In this document: piece by piece, positions 10,524-18,807 of the stretch
Layout: each line of letters starts with the position of its first letter
Position numbering within the stretch: position 1 is the stretch's first letter
Assembly (NCBI GenBank): GCA_035534435.1
Contig: DATLRX010000014.1
Coordinates: forward strand, 5,998-69,997
From: Candidatus Acidiferrales bacterium
GTDB taxonomy: Bacteria > Chloroflexota > Dormibacteria > Aeolococcales > Aeolococcaceae
Direction of reading: 5' to 3'
Length of the DNA stretch: 64,000 nucleotides
Translations under genes and position numbers: made by a program
Notes under the pieces: model-generated
Told to the model about the DNA's origin: nothing
What the model saw: only the letters and a program-made list of their open reading frames with translations
Database searches by the model: none

Positions 10524-11573
10524 TCAGGACCGGGCCGCCACCTCGTCGAGGTAATCGCCGAGGCGTTGGTACGCGGCGCGCTTGCGCCGGTCGGTGATCT
10601 CCGTGTACACCTTGAGCGTCTCGAGGGTGGCGTGGCCCAGGACCTCCTGGACGAGGCGCACGTCGCCGTCGGTCGCCTCGAGCAGCGTCGTCGCCGCCGT
10701 GTGACGCGCGGCGTGGGGACTGCGCAGATCGCTGAACAGGTCGAACATCGCCGGGTCGGCGCCCATGCGCCGTCGCAGTGCCGTCAGCGCCCGCCGCGCC
10801 CCGTCGGTCGTCAGTCGGTTGTGCGGCAGCGCCCGGCCATGCGGGACGTCGGCGCGCGCGACACTGATGAAGAGGGCGGGGGAGGGATCCGGCCCGCGCA
10901 TGCGAAGGTAGTCCTCGACCGCGGCAAACGCATCATCCGTGCAGTACACCGTTCTGTATTTGCCACCCTTGCCAAGAACACGGAAGCCCTCGCGGTGGAT
11001 GTCACCGCGGTCCAGGCCGCAGGCTTCGGCGATCCTGCAGCCGGTGCTCAGCAGGAGGTGGATCAGCGCCCGGTCGCGCCGGTCGCGCAGCGTCTCGTTC
11101 GGAAGCGCGGCGAGCAGTCGCGGCACGTGATCCGTCGGTACCGGATGCGGATCGCCGACCACGTAGCGAGGCACGGTGACCTGCCGGCTCAGCTCAGCGG
11201 CAACCCAGCCCTCGTCGTACGCGTACCCGAGGAACCGGCGCAGCGCGACGAGCGCACGAGCGCGTGACCGCGGGTTCGGCAGGACGTCCGCAAGCTCGAT
11301 CTGATAGCGACGCAGGACCGGGCGATCCACCCCCGCCAGCAGGTCGTCGCCAAGCGGCCGCGTGCGCATGAAGGCGACGAACTTCGCGAGATCCTGGCGG
11401 TACGCGCGAACCGTTGTGGCGGGCCGGTTGCGCTGGACGCGCAGCCAGTCGAGGAACTGCTCGACCTGGTCTGGCAGCGAGTCCGACGGCCCGGGGACGT
11501 TCGGGGCCCAGGAGGGCCCGCGGCGCGCGTGGGGCGCTGTCGGCCGACGGGTGGGGAGGACGCGAGCTGCCAC
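10524..11573 (-). CDS. Tyrosine-type site-specific recombinase / integrase
   Basis: N-terminal SAM-like core-binding domain ('RAYRQDLAKFVAF'). Catalytic-domain signatures 'LSTGCRIAEACGL' (Arg), 'HAARHTAAT' (HxxR) and 'LGHATLETLKVYTEI' (His...Tyr). GTG start at 11573. Confidence 0.85.
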   Translation of the reverse strand: MAARVLPTRRPTAPHARRGPSWAPNVPGPSDSLPDQVEQFLDWLRVQRNRPATTVRAYRQDLAKFVAFMRTRPLGDDLLAGVDRPVLRRYQIELADVLPNPRSRARALVALRRFLGYAYDEGWVAAELSRQVTVPRYVVGDPHPVPTDHVPRLLAALPNETLRDRRDRALIHLLLSTGCRIAEACGLDRGDIHREGFRVLGKGGKYRTVYCTDDAFAAVEDYLRMRGPDPSPALFISVARADVPHGRALPHNRLTTDGARRALTALRRRMGADPAMFDLFSDLRSPHAARHTAATTLLEATDGDVRLVQEVLGHATLETLKVYTEITDRRKRAAYQRLGDYLDEVAARS

Positions 11574-11580
11574 GCTCCGT

Positions 11581-11595
11581 ATTATCAGGAGCTTG
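11581..11595. repeat. 15-bp direct repeat ATTATCAGGAGCTTG, copy 1
   Basis: Exact copy of 12589-12603. AT-rich relative to its surroundings. It contains the stop codon of the nucleotidyltransferase gene and ends 8 nt upstream of the integrase start codon. Confidence 0.85.
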
Positions 11596-12394
11596 GGGCG
11601 TCGTGACCGATTCCGGCCTCATCAAGGGCGAAGCGAATGAAGTCGAGGGTCGTGGCCCGTTGATCCAGCGCCCCAGCCGCCGGGTAGGCGACCGCAGCGC
11701 GAATCAGGTCCCACCACGGAGAGAGATATGGCCCGCGAAGAGCCCAGGCGGCTGCCTGAGGCTTGGTGACGATGTCGCCGGTCACGAGCATGCAGAGCGT
11801 CCGGCACATCGTGAGAACCGCGTATGCCTGGTAGGCATGGTCGAGGAACCGGCCCGGGAACTCGAGCTGCGGCAGCCACCACGTCCGCAGGTTGGCGATG
11901 GCCGCCTCGCGGAGCTCGCCCGGCGTCACCGGCGCGACGATCCGCGCGATCTCGCGACCGGCAAGGATGATCCCATGGGTGCGCAGCAGGTGCTTCTGGA
12001 TGACGAAGTCGGGGCCGAGCGGCTGCAGCTTGAAGCCCTCCTCGGGGTGGAGTTCGAGGACGGCGATGTCGGGCACCCCGTCGGACGCCAGCGCCTTGAC
12101 CGGCACGAACATCACCTCGAGCCGGTCCGCGCAGCGCTCACCGCCCCAGCCGAGCATCGCGTGGTGAAGCTCGGCGATGCGTTCGTTGGCGGCGTCGTCG
12201 GTGAGGGAGCGGGTCGCGACGAGAACGTCGATGTCGCTCGTGCGCGGGTTGAACGCGCCGGTGGAGAGCGATCCATATACGTAGACGCCGGCGAGGTTGC
12301 GACCGAGCACGCTCTGCCACGCCGCGGTGGCCGTCGCGAGGAACGCGCTGATGTGCGGGCCGCCGGCCCTGGTCACGCGCGCGTTCGGCTCCAT
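11585..12394 (-). CDS. AadA/ANT(3'')-like nucleotidyltransferase with a C-terminal helical (DUF4111-like) domain
   Basis: NTase motif 'VYVYGSLSTGAFNPRTSDIDVLVAT' (GS...DxD). The C-terminal helical region 'AYAVLTMCRTLCMLVTGDIVTKPQAAAWA' has the layout of aminoglycoside adenylyltransferases. The start is taken at ATG 12394; the listed ORF extends to 12565. Confidence 0.72.
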   Translation of the reverse strand: MEPNARVTRAGGPHISAFLATATAAWQSVLGRNLAGVYVYGSLSTGAFNPRTSDIDVLVATRSLTDDAANERIAELHHAMLGWGGERCADRLEVMFVPVKALASDGVPDIAVLELHPEEGFKLQPLGPDFVIQKHLLRTHGIILAGREIARIVAPVTPGELREAAIANLRTWWLPQLEFPGRFLDHAYQAYAVLTMCRTLCMLVTGDIVTKPQAAAWALRGPYLSPWWDLIRAAVAYPAAGALDQRATTLDFIRFALDEAGIGHDAPSS

Positions 12395-12588
12395 GCCGGT
12401 GAAGCCTACCGAGGAACCGCGTGCCGCTCGAACCGGCCCGGCGCCCGACCGTCGCGAACCCAAGGCCCTGCCATGCCGTGATCGCTGCCGCGTTGTTGGT
12501 GTTGACGTGGCGGTGGGGGATCTCGTGGCCGTGAGCCCAAGAGCCGGATCGTAAGCCGGTTCCACGCGTCTAGATCGTGAGAATATGC

Positions 12589-12603
12589 ATTATCAGGAGC
12601 TTG
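12589..12603. repeat. 15-bp direct repeat ATTATCAGGAGCTTG, copy 2
   Basis: Exact copy of 11581-11595, about 1 kb away, in a locally low-GC patch just upstream of the nucleotidyltransferase ORF. Confidence 0.85.
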
Positions 12604-12743
12604 AGTGCGGCTCTCAGACCCGTAAGGTAGCTCGCCCCACCCCAGCGTTCGCGGTTCCGGCTTGGTCCAGGGCCTAAAGGGTTCCGGCGCGTCTCTTACG
12701 GCGCCCGAAGATCGTCGCGCGCCCATCGCGTCGCGTCCTTCGC

Positions 12744-12968
12744 CTACTCGTGACGCCCTGTTCCTCTGACGGCCCTTACCGGTTGGATGACCATTTGAGC
12801 GATCGCGTTCAGCACGATCCCCGAACCCAGTAGGCCGAGGAGCGCCCATCCAATGCTGCCGGTCAGGAGGTAGACGATCAGGAACGTGGCGGCACCCCCC
12901 GCGCCCATCCATACCGCCCACAGGACCTTGAATCGGGTGCGCCGCTCCGTCCCCCGTTGCTGTTCCAT
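12744..12968 (-). CDS. Small two-TM membrane protein (hypothetical)
   Basis: 74 aa. GGAGG lies about 6 nt upstream of the ATG. Two hydrophobic helices: 'VLWAVWMGAGGAATFLIVYLL' and 'GWALLGLLGSGIVLNAI'. Confidence 0.45.
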   Translation of the reverse strand: MEQQRGTERRTRFKVLWAVWMGAGGAATFLIVYLLTGSIGWALLGLLGSGIVLNAIAQMVIQPVRAVRGTGRHE

Positions 12969-13118
12969 GCTCGGCCTCCAACCTTCACTCCCACCCTATG
13001 ACACCGCTCATGACGGCGGAAGTGCCGAAGGTCCCAGAATTCGGCAGGCACGCGATCGGGTATCGGCGCATAAGCCGTTCAACGTCATCTCCTCGGCGCC
13101 TCGGTCCGGGGTCGTCCC

Positions 13119-13358
13119 CTATGCACGACGTGCGACGTGGCGATCGAGGAAGCGCAATGTGCGCTCCCACGCATCCTTCGCTGCCGCGGGATCGTATGCG
13201 GGCAACGTGTCGTTGAAGAAGGAGTGCTTCGCTCCACCGTAGATACGAATGTCGTGCTCGACGCCGCGCGCCGTGAGGCCGCGATCGCGAACGCCACGGG
13301 TGAGATCGCCCGCGCCGGCCTGAAACGCCTTCACCCGGCCCAGCGGGAAACGAGCGAC
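13119..13358 (-). pseudogene. C-terminal remnant of a dienelactone hydrolase family gene
   Basis: The translation 'GVEHDIRIYGGAKHSFFNDTLPAYDPAAAKDAWERTLRFLDRH' matches the typical DLH C-terminus. The roughly 160 N-terminal residues and the catalytic Cys region are absent. The frame runs straight into the 3' end of the GH25 gene (stop at 13360). Confidence 0.5.
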
Positions 13359-13359
13359 G

Positions 13360-15096
13360 CTAGCCCGCTGGGTTGAACACCGGCGTCGCGGGCGCCGCAC
13401 ATCCCGGGCACGCAGGCGCGTACCAGAGCCCGCCTGCCGTCGACCGCCACACGACGTCGATGGCGCCGCTCCCGGCAAAGGCCACCGACGACGGGTCCGA
13501 CCCTGCCACGGCACCGAGACCCTCAGGCCCGATGAGCCCGCTCGCCGACGTGTACAGCGCCGACGCGAGCGTCCCGGAGCCGGACTCCCGGGTGTCGACG
13601 ACGACCGCCCCCGGCGCCAGGGTCACCGCCGACGGGTTGCCTTCCACGGCCACGGTCCCGAGCGCGGCGACGCCGCTCAGGACCCCGGCGTTCAGCAGAC
13701 CGTGCACGAGCTGCCCGCCGCCGTTCCAGAAGACGTCGATGCCGCCACTCGACGCGCTCACCGATGGGTTGGCCGCGAGCGCGGACGTGGTCAGCTGCTG
13801 AGCGCCGCCCCAGCCCCAGGACGCGCCGGTGTCCTCCCACAGGTCACCCGAGGCGGCACGCCAGAAGACGGTGTCCGAGCCGGCGCCCGCGCTGACGGCG
13901 ACGGGGGTGCCGGTGACAGTGCCGCTGTCAAGAGGTGTCGGTCCGCTCCAGGCGCCGTTGAACCGGTCGACCCAGAGGGCTGAGCCGGCGCCGACCCAGA
14001 AGAGGTCGATGAGCCCCGGTCCCGGGGAGACCGCCTCAGGCACCGATCCGACCGAACCGAGCCCCAGCGACACTGGGACGGACCATGTGCCGCTGCCGTA
14101 CCAACCGGCCGTGAACGTCGACTGCCAGACATTGCCGTCCGCTCCCTCCCAGAACGCGTCAATCCGTCCAGGCCCCGACGCCACCACTGACGGGTCCGTT
14201 GTCAGCGCGGCTGACGGGCCGGCCGCGGCGCTGATGTCTGTCGCGCCTGTCCCCCACACCGCGTTCCGGTATCGCAGCGTCCAGACGTGGTCATTCGTCC
14301 CCCGCCAGAGCACGTCGATGTCACCGGCCTGATCGGAGACCGTCTGCGGCGTGCCGGCAACGTTGGTGGCGGCAAGTGCCACCGGGTCGGGCCAGCCGTA
14401 GTACGGCAGTGATCGGGTGCCACCCTGGTCGAGGTCCACGCGCCCGCTGATCCCCGGCACGGAGCCGGCATCGCTGAACTGCCAGACCTGCCAGCCGGTG
14501 CCTCCCCAGTTGTTCGCCGGCACCTGAGGCGACGACACGAACCAGTTCGCCACCCACAGCGGATCGAGCGTGAACGCCGACGAGTTGATGTTGCCGTTCC
14601 ACCAGGCGGGTGATGCGTAGATTGCGGGGAGGGATCCGATTGCAGCGCTGACGGTGTCCACCACCGTCTTCAGATTTGCGATGACGACCGACTGCGGCTC
14701 ACCGCCCATGGTCTCGACATCGATCGCGGGCATGAGGTCGCCGTGACTGAACCCGACCGAGCGCAGCTGCGAGATCAGCACGTTGGCCTGCCCCACCGGG
14801 CTCTGCGATGGCTCGAAGAAGAGATACGCGCCAGGGGTCACACCCGCTCCGGTCGCGCCGTGCCAGTTGTTGGCGAACTGCTGGTCGCCGCTTCCGTTGC
14901 CGTCGGCGGCGCGGATATACGCAAAGGAGATCCCCGACGCCGCCACGGAATGCCAGGCGATGGTGCCCTGGAACGAGCTGACGTCGATCCCCTCCTTGGT
15001 CGCCGACGCCTGGGCGTCCATCGACCGCGCCAGCCCACCGGCGGCTGCGGCCAGAACGACCAGGGATGTGGCGGTGGCGGCGATCCGCGACCTCAT
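13360..15096 (-). CDS. Secreted GH25 muramidase fused to a 7-bladed Trp-rich beta-propeller (lectin-like) domain
   Basis: ATG 15096 lies behind a GGAGGTG RBS. Signal peptide 'MRSRIAATATSLVVLAAAAGGLARSMDAQA'. GH25 motif 'GIDVSSFQGTIAWHSVAASGISFAYIRAADG'. About 7 C-terminal repeats of the type 'IDVLWRG..', 'IDAFWEG..', 'IDLFWVG..', 'TVFWRA..', 'IDVFWNG..', 'IDVVWRS..'. Confidence 0.85.
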   Translation of the reverse strand: MRSRIAATATSLVVLAAAAGGLARSMDAQASATKEGIDVSSFQGTIAWHSVAASGISFAYIRAADGNGSGDQQFANNWHGATGAGVTPGAYLFFEPSQSPVGQANVLISQLRSVGFSHGDLMPAIDVETMGGEPQSVVIANLKTVVDTVSAAIGSLPAIYASPAWWNGNINSSAFTLDPLWVANWFVSSPQVPANNWGGTGWQVWQFSDAGSVPGISGRVDLDQGGTRSLPYYGWPDPVALAATNVAGTPQTVSDQAGDIDVLWRGTNDHVWTLRYRNAVWGTGATDISAAAGPSAALTTDPSVVASGPGRIDAFWEGADGNVWQSTFTAGWYGSGTWSVPVSLGLGSVGSVPEAVSPGPGLIDLFWVGAGSALWVDRFNGAWSGPTPLDSGTVTGTPVAVSAGAGSDTVFWRAASGDLWEDTGASWGWGGAQQLTTSALAANPSVSASSGGIDVFWNGGGQLVHGLLNAGVLSGVAALGTVAVEGNPSAVTLAPGAVVVDTRESGSGTLASALYTSASGLIGPEGLGAVAGSDPSSVAFAGSGAIDVVWRSTAGGLWYAPACPGCAAPATPVFNPAG

Positions 15097-15255
15097 GCCA
15101 CCTCCGAGAAGGGACCCACCATTGCCCTGAGGATAGACACGCATGTAGCAGTCTCGAGTTTCGTCACCGTATCTTCATCAGAGCTCTCCTCGCGGTTCTG
15201 ACACAGTTGTCTGCGAGACAGTCACACGAAAGGTTGTCTCCGGTACCCTCAGTCC

Positions 15256-16212
15256 GTGGACACGCCTCAGCGCAAGCCCGCGGGTAAGACGCCGCCTCCG
15301 GGTGTGAGGCCGTCCGGCAAGCCGCTCACCAAGAAGCAGCGCAGGAACCAGGCAGCGATCCGATCGGTCGCGCTGAGCCGCCGCCCGCCGTGGCAGTCCC
15401 CGACGGTGATCACCTCGGTGAGCGTCGGCATCGTCGCCGTCGTGCTCATCATCATCGTGCTCATCAACCAGGTCGGCGGCAGCAACGTCGGCACCAGCGT
15501 GCCGATCTCCGCGAACGTCGCCAGCATCCTTCTGCACCCGAACCCGTCGGTGATCTCAACTGTGGGCTCCGGCAGCCAGCCCGGCGAGATGGTCAAGCTG
15601 CCGGGCAACACCGTCCTCAAGGACTCGAGCGGGAAGCCGATGCTCGTGTACGTCGGTGCCGAGTACTGCCCGTTCTGCGCCGCAGAGCGCTGGAGCATGA
15701 TCTACGCGCTCTCGCAGTTCGGAACCTTCACTGGACTGACGCAGATCGAGTCGTCGTCGACCGACGTGTATGCGAACACCAACAGCTTCACGTTCCACAA
15801 GGTCACCTACACGAGCCCGTACATCGACTTCGTCCCCGCCGAGGTCCTGGATCGCAACCAGAACCCGCTCGACACACCGTCGGCGCAGGTGACCGCCATC
15901 TTCAAGAAGTACAGCACGCCGCCATACACCTCAACAACCGGCGGCTTTCCCTTCCTCGACATCGCCGGTCTCTACACGCTCTACAACACGAGCTACAGCC
16001 CGCAGATCCTCGCCAATCTCACGTGGCAGCAGATCGCGACGAAGCTCAAGAACCCCGCCGATCCGGTGACGCAAGCGATCGTCGGTAACGCCAACATCCT
16101 GACGGCGGCGATGTGCATCGCAACCGGCGACGTGCCTGCATCCGTCTGCTCCACCTCCACGATTCAGGCGATCGAACCGAGCCTCAAGGCACTCAAGACT
16201 CCGACGAGCTGA
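15256..16212 (+). CDS. DUF929-type membrane-anchored thioredoxin-fold protein with a CPFC motif
   Basis: N-terminal TM 'VITSVSVGIVAVVLIIIVLI' and 'YVGAEYCPFCAAERWSMIYALSQFGTF' (CxxC). Confidence 0.7.
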   Translation: MDTPQRKPAGKTPPPGVRPSGKPLTKKQRRNQAAIRSVALSRRPPWQSPTVITSVSVGIVAVVLIIIVLINQVGGSNVGTSVPISANVASILLHPNPSVISTVGSGSQPGEMVKLPGNTVLKDSSGKPMLVYVGAEYCPFCAAERWSMIYALSQFGTFTGLTQIESSSTDVYANTNSFTFHKVTYTSPYIDFVPAEVLDRNQNPLDTPSAQVTAIFKKYSTPPYTSTTGGFPFLDIAGLYTLYNTSYSPQILANLTWQQIATKLKNPADPVTQAIVGNANILTAAMCIATGDVPASVCSTSTIQAIEPSLKALKTPTS

Positions 16213-16226
16213 GCGGAGGCTTCGCG

Positions 16227-16859
16227 TTGGTCGCCGTCAGCTCGTTCTCGATCATCACCACGGGCTACGCCGTGCTCGCGCTCATCGCCGACGCGATGGT
16301 GGTCGTGGTGGTCATGGGTTTTCTGCTGACGCGGACGTCGCCTGCCAGTCGCGAAACGTGGCGACGGTTCCGCGATGCGGTGACGCCGTTCACATTGCAC
16401 CTCGCGTGGATCGTCGCGATGCTCGCAACGCTGGGGAGCCTCTATCTCTCGCAGATCGCAAACCTGACGCCATGTGAGTTTTGCTGGTTCCAGCGCATCT
16501 GCATGTACCCGCTCTCCCTGCTCCTCGGCATCGCAGCGTTCCGCGGTGACACCCGGATCGCCAAGAAGTATTTCCTCACGTTGTCGATAGTGGGTGCGGC
16601 TCTCGCCACATATCACTACCAGCTGGAGCACATCGCCGGAGAGCCCACCGTGTGCGGGGCGGCGGTCCCGTGCGATATGGCGGCATTCAATATCTTTGGA
16701 TTCATCTCCGTCCCCTTCCTCTCGCTGGCGGCGTTCCTCCTCATCACGACGTTGCTGCTCCTCGGTCGCACGCCGAGTGACGAGGAAGACGAGGACGACT
16801 CCGTCGAGGACGGCGACACCATCGAGCTTTCCGACACGACGCTGCCGGCGACCGCCTGA
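16227..16859 (+). CDS. Disulfide bond formation protein B (DsbB/BdbC family)
   Basis: In-frame TTG 16227 lies 7 nt after GGAGG. Four-TM layout with 'LTPCEFCWFQRICMYP' (CxxC) and a second Cys pair, 'VCGAAVPC'. Acidic C-terminal tail. Confidence 0.75.
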   Translation: MVAVSSFSIITTGYAVLALIADAMVVVVVMGFLLTRTSPASRETWRRFRDAVTPFTLHLAWIVAMLATLGSLYLSQIANLTPCEFCWFQRICMYPLSLLLGIAAFRGDTRIAKKYFLTLSIVGAALATYHYQLEHIAGEPTVCGAAVPCDMAAFNIFGFISVPFLSLAAFLLITTLLLLGRTPSDEEDEDDSVEDGDTIELSDTTLPATA

Positions 16860-16871
16860 CCTGTCGCCCGG

Positions 16872-17597
16872 TCAGGTGAGCTCGCCGAGATACTTCGGCA
16901 GCATCTCGCGCCACGTCGACCAGTCGTGGTCGTACTCGGATCCCCACAGATCGACGCGATTGGGAACGCCTTTGCTCCCCAGCACGTGCGCGAGTCGCCA
17001 CGACTCACCCGTGTTCTCCCAGCGGCCCTCGCCGGATGCCAGGATCGCCTGACGGCTGCGCAGCAGTGCCAAATGCTCGCCGTTCAGGCCGGGCAGAAAG
17101 TACGACGGTGTCGCGAAGTACAGGTCGTCGCCCGCGCCCTCTCCGACGAAGCGTGAGATGTCGTACGTCCCGCTCATGCCGAGCGCATTCGTCACCACGT
17201 CCGGGTAGTGACACAGGAGCGCCACCGCGTTGAAGGCGCCGATGGATGCGCCGGCAGTCATCACGGTGATGTCCGGGCTGTCGCAATCCATACGGATCAT
17301 CGGGATCAGCTCGTAGCGGACGAACTCGAGGAATCCGCGCAGCAGCGCAGCGCGATATCGCGGGTCGCCATCACCGCGCAGCATCGCCGCCCCCGATACG
17401 CTGTCGCACGAGTAGAGCTTCACCCGCCCGGCCTCGAGATACGCCCCCACCGAGTCGACGAGCCACATGCGCTCGATCTCCTCGGCGTCACCCCCGGCCG
17501 TCGGGAACACGATGACCGGCCGGCCGAAGTGACCCCAGCGCGCCACGGTGACGTCGGACGCGACTCGTCCCGAATACCAGCGCTCTCGCCGCTTCAT
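16872..17597 (-). CDS. Esterase-family (alpha/beta hydrolase) protein
   Basis: 'GRPVIVFPTAGGD' and nucleophile elbow 'TAGASIGAFNAV' (GxSxG). The start is taken at ATG 17597; the listed ORF runs to 17747 and overlaps the upstream gene. Confidence 0.65.
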   Translation of the reverse strand: MKRRERWYSGRVASDVTVARWGHFGRPVIVFPTAGGDAEEIERMWLVDSVGAYLEAGRVKLYSCDSVSGAAMLRGDGDPRYRAALLRGFLEFVRYELIPMIRMDCDSPDITVMTAGASIGAFNAVALLCHYPDVVTNALGMSGTYDISRFVGEGAGDDLYFATPSYFLPGLNGEHLALLRSRQAILASGEGRWENTGESWRLAHVLGSKGVPNRVDLWGSEYDHDWSTWREMLPKYLGELT

Positions 17598-17643
17598 GGC
17601 CGGGAAGTCTCGCGCATCGGCACGGGCCCGCGCTGGCTCAGGG

Positions 17644-18807
17644 TCAGGGATAGATGAGGCGCGCTTCTCCGGGGAACAGCCAGCCGAGACCGTCCAGGAG
17701 GCGGTCACGCCAGTTGATCCAGTTGTGGCCGTCGAGGGCTTCGACAACCTTCAAGGTCCCGGCCATCTGCTCCAGCACGCCGACCATTGCGCGGTCCGGT
17801 TCGGCGAGCGGCTCGAACACGCCGTAGGTCATGAAGACGCGCTCGGTGACCATCGGTGGGCCCTCGCGGACCTTGTTGACGAACCGGATGACGGGCTCGA
17901 ACACGCGACCATAGCTGTGCTCGCCCGGCTCACCGGTGAAGCGCAGCGACGGTGACTCGAGAAGCAGACCTCCGTAGAAGCCCGGCGCCCGGACGGCGGC
18001 GGCGAGCGACGCGACGCCGCCGAAGCTCGCGCCCATCAGCACGCGGGCGCTCGGGGCGCCGCGCAACTGGAACGTCCCCTCGAGTTGCGGCACCAGCTCG
18101 CTGGTGAGGAAGCGGCTGTGGGCGAGGCTTGCGGCATATTCCCGGAGACGGTCTCCGGGGTGCGTGAAGACCACGAGACAGTCCGCGATGAGGCGGCGGT
18201 GCATGAGGTTGTCGAGCACCGTTCCCATCGACGAATGGTTGAGGAAGTCACCGCCGTCGTGCACGATGAGCAGCGGCAGGCGCCGGTCGCGCCGCCTGCG
18301 CGCCGGGACATACACCGTGACGTGCGCCTCGCGACGCAGCGCCTTGCTCGCGATGCGCAGGTCGGCAAGCTCGCCCGGCACCGCCGCGGGGTCCGGGTAC
18401 GTCCAGTCGGGTCGCGCATAGCCGTCGGCTTCGAGCACGGACTGCGACCCGATGGCGTCGGACACCGCGTTCTGGTTGAGCGGATCGTTCATGCTCTCCG
18501 CGCTGTCGCCGCGGCGGACGAGCATCCGGTACTGAATGCGTGCACCGCGCGGCAGCTCGATGCTCGCGTGCCACAGGTCCGTGCCCTTCATCCGGCGAAG
18601 CGGCAGTGGGATGGGCACCCCCATGATACGGTGCTCGACGCCGACCCAGTCGGCCTCCCCTCGCCAGAGGAACGTGCACGTCGATCCTTCGACGAGCGGG
18701 ACCGAGTGATCGCGCAGCAGCTGGTCGATCGCCTCGGGAGAGGCGCCGTCGTTGCGAAGCCTGGCGAGGGCGTGCTGAGGCTGCGAGGGCGCAGGGCTCA
18801 CGCTCAA
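17644..18807 (-). CDS. Enterochelin-esterase-like protein (N-terminal Ig-like domain + esterase domain)
   Basis: N-terminal 'TFLWRGEADWVGVEHRIMG...LWHASIELPRGARIQYRMLV' resembles the Fes-type N-terminal domain. 'LPLLIVHDGGDFL' and 'LMGASFGGVASL' (GxSxG) mark the esterase domain. The TTG start overlaps the upstream stop (TTGA). Confidence 0.72.
   Translation of the reverse strand: MSVSPAPSQPQHALARLRNDGASPEAIDQLLRDHSVPLVEGSTCTFLWRGEADWVGVEHRIMGVPIPLPLRRMKGTDLWHASIELPRGARIQYRMLVRRGDSAESMNDPLNQNAVSDAIGSQSVLEADGYARPDWTYPDPAAVPGELADLRIASKALRREAHVTVYVPARRRRDRRLPLLIVHDGGDFLNHSSMGTVLDNLMHRRLIADCLVVFTHPGDRLREYAASLAHSRFLTSELVPQLEGTFQLRGAPSARVLMGASFGGVASLAAAVRAPGFYGGLLLESPSLRFTGEPGEHSYGRVFEPVIRFVNKVREGPPMVTERVFMTYGVFEPLAEPDRAMVGVLEQMAGTLKVVEALDGHNWINWRDRLLDGLGWLFPGEARLIYP

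Noticed and set aside
10524-12603. Canonical integron (intI + attI + attC cassette).
   Set aside because: The recombinase is co-directional with and downstream of the cassette-like gene. I could see no GTTRRRY core sites or attC-type imperfect inverted repeats. It is reported only as a cassette-like unit.
12604-12743. Possible tRNA or tmRNA integration target next to the repeat-flanked unit.
   Set aside because: I could not fold a cloverleaf, and I saw no GGTTCGAAT-type T-loop or 3' CCA context.
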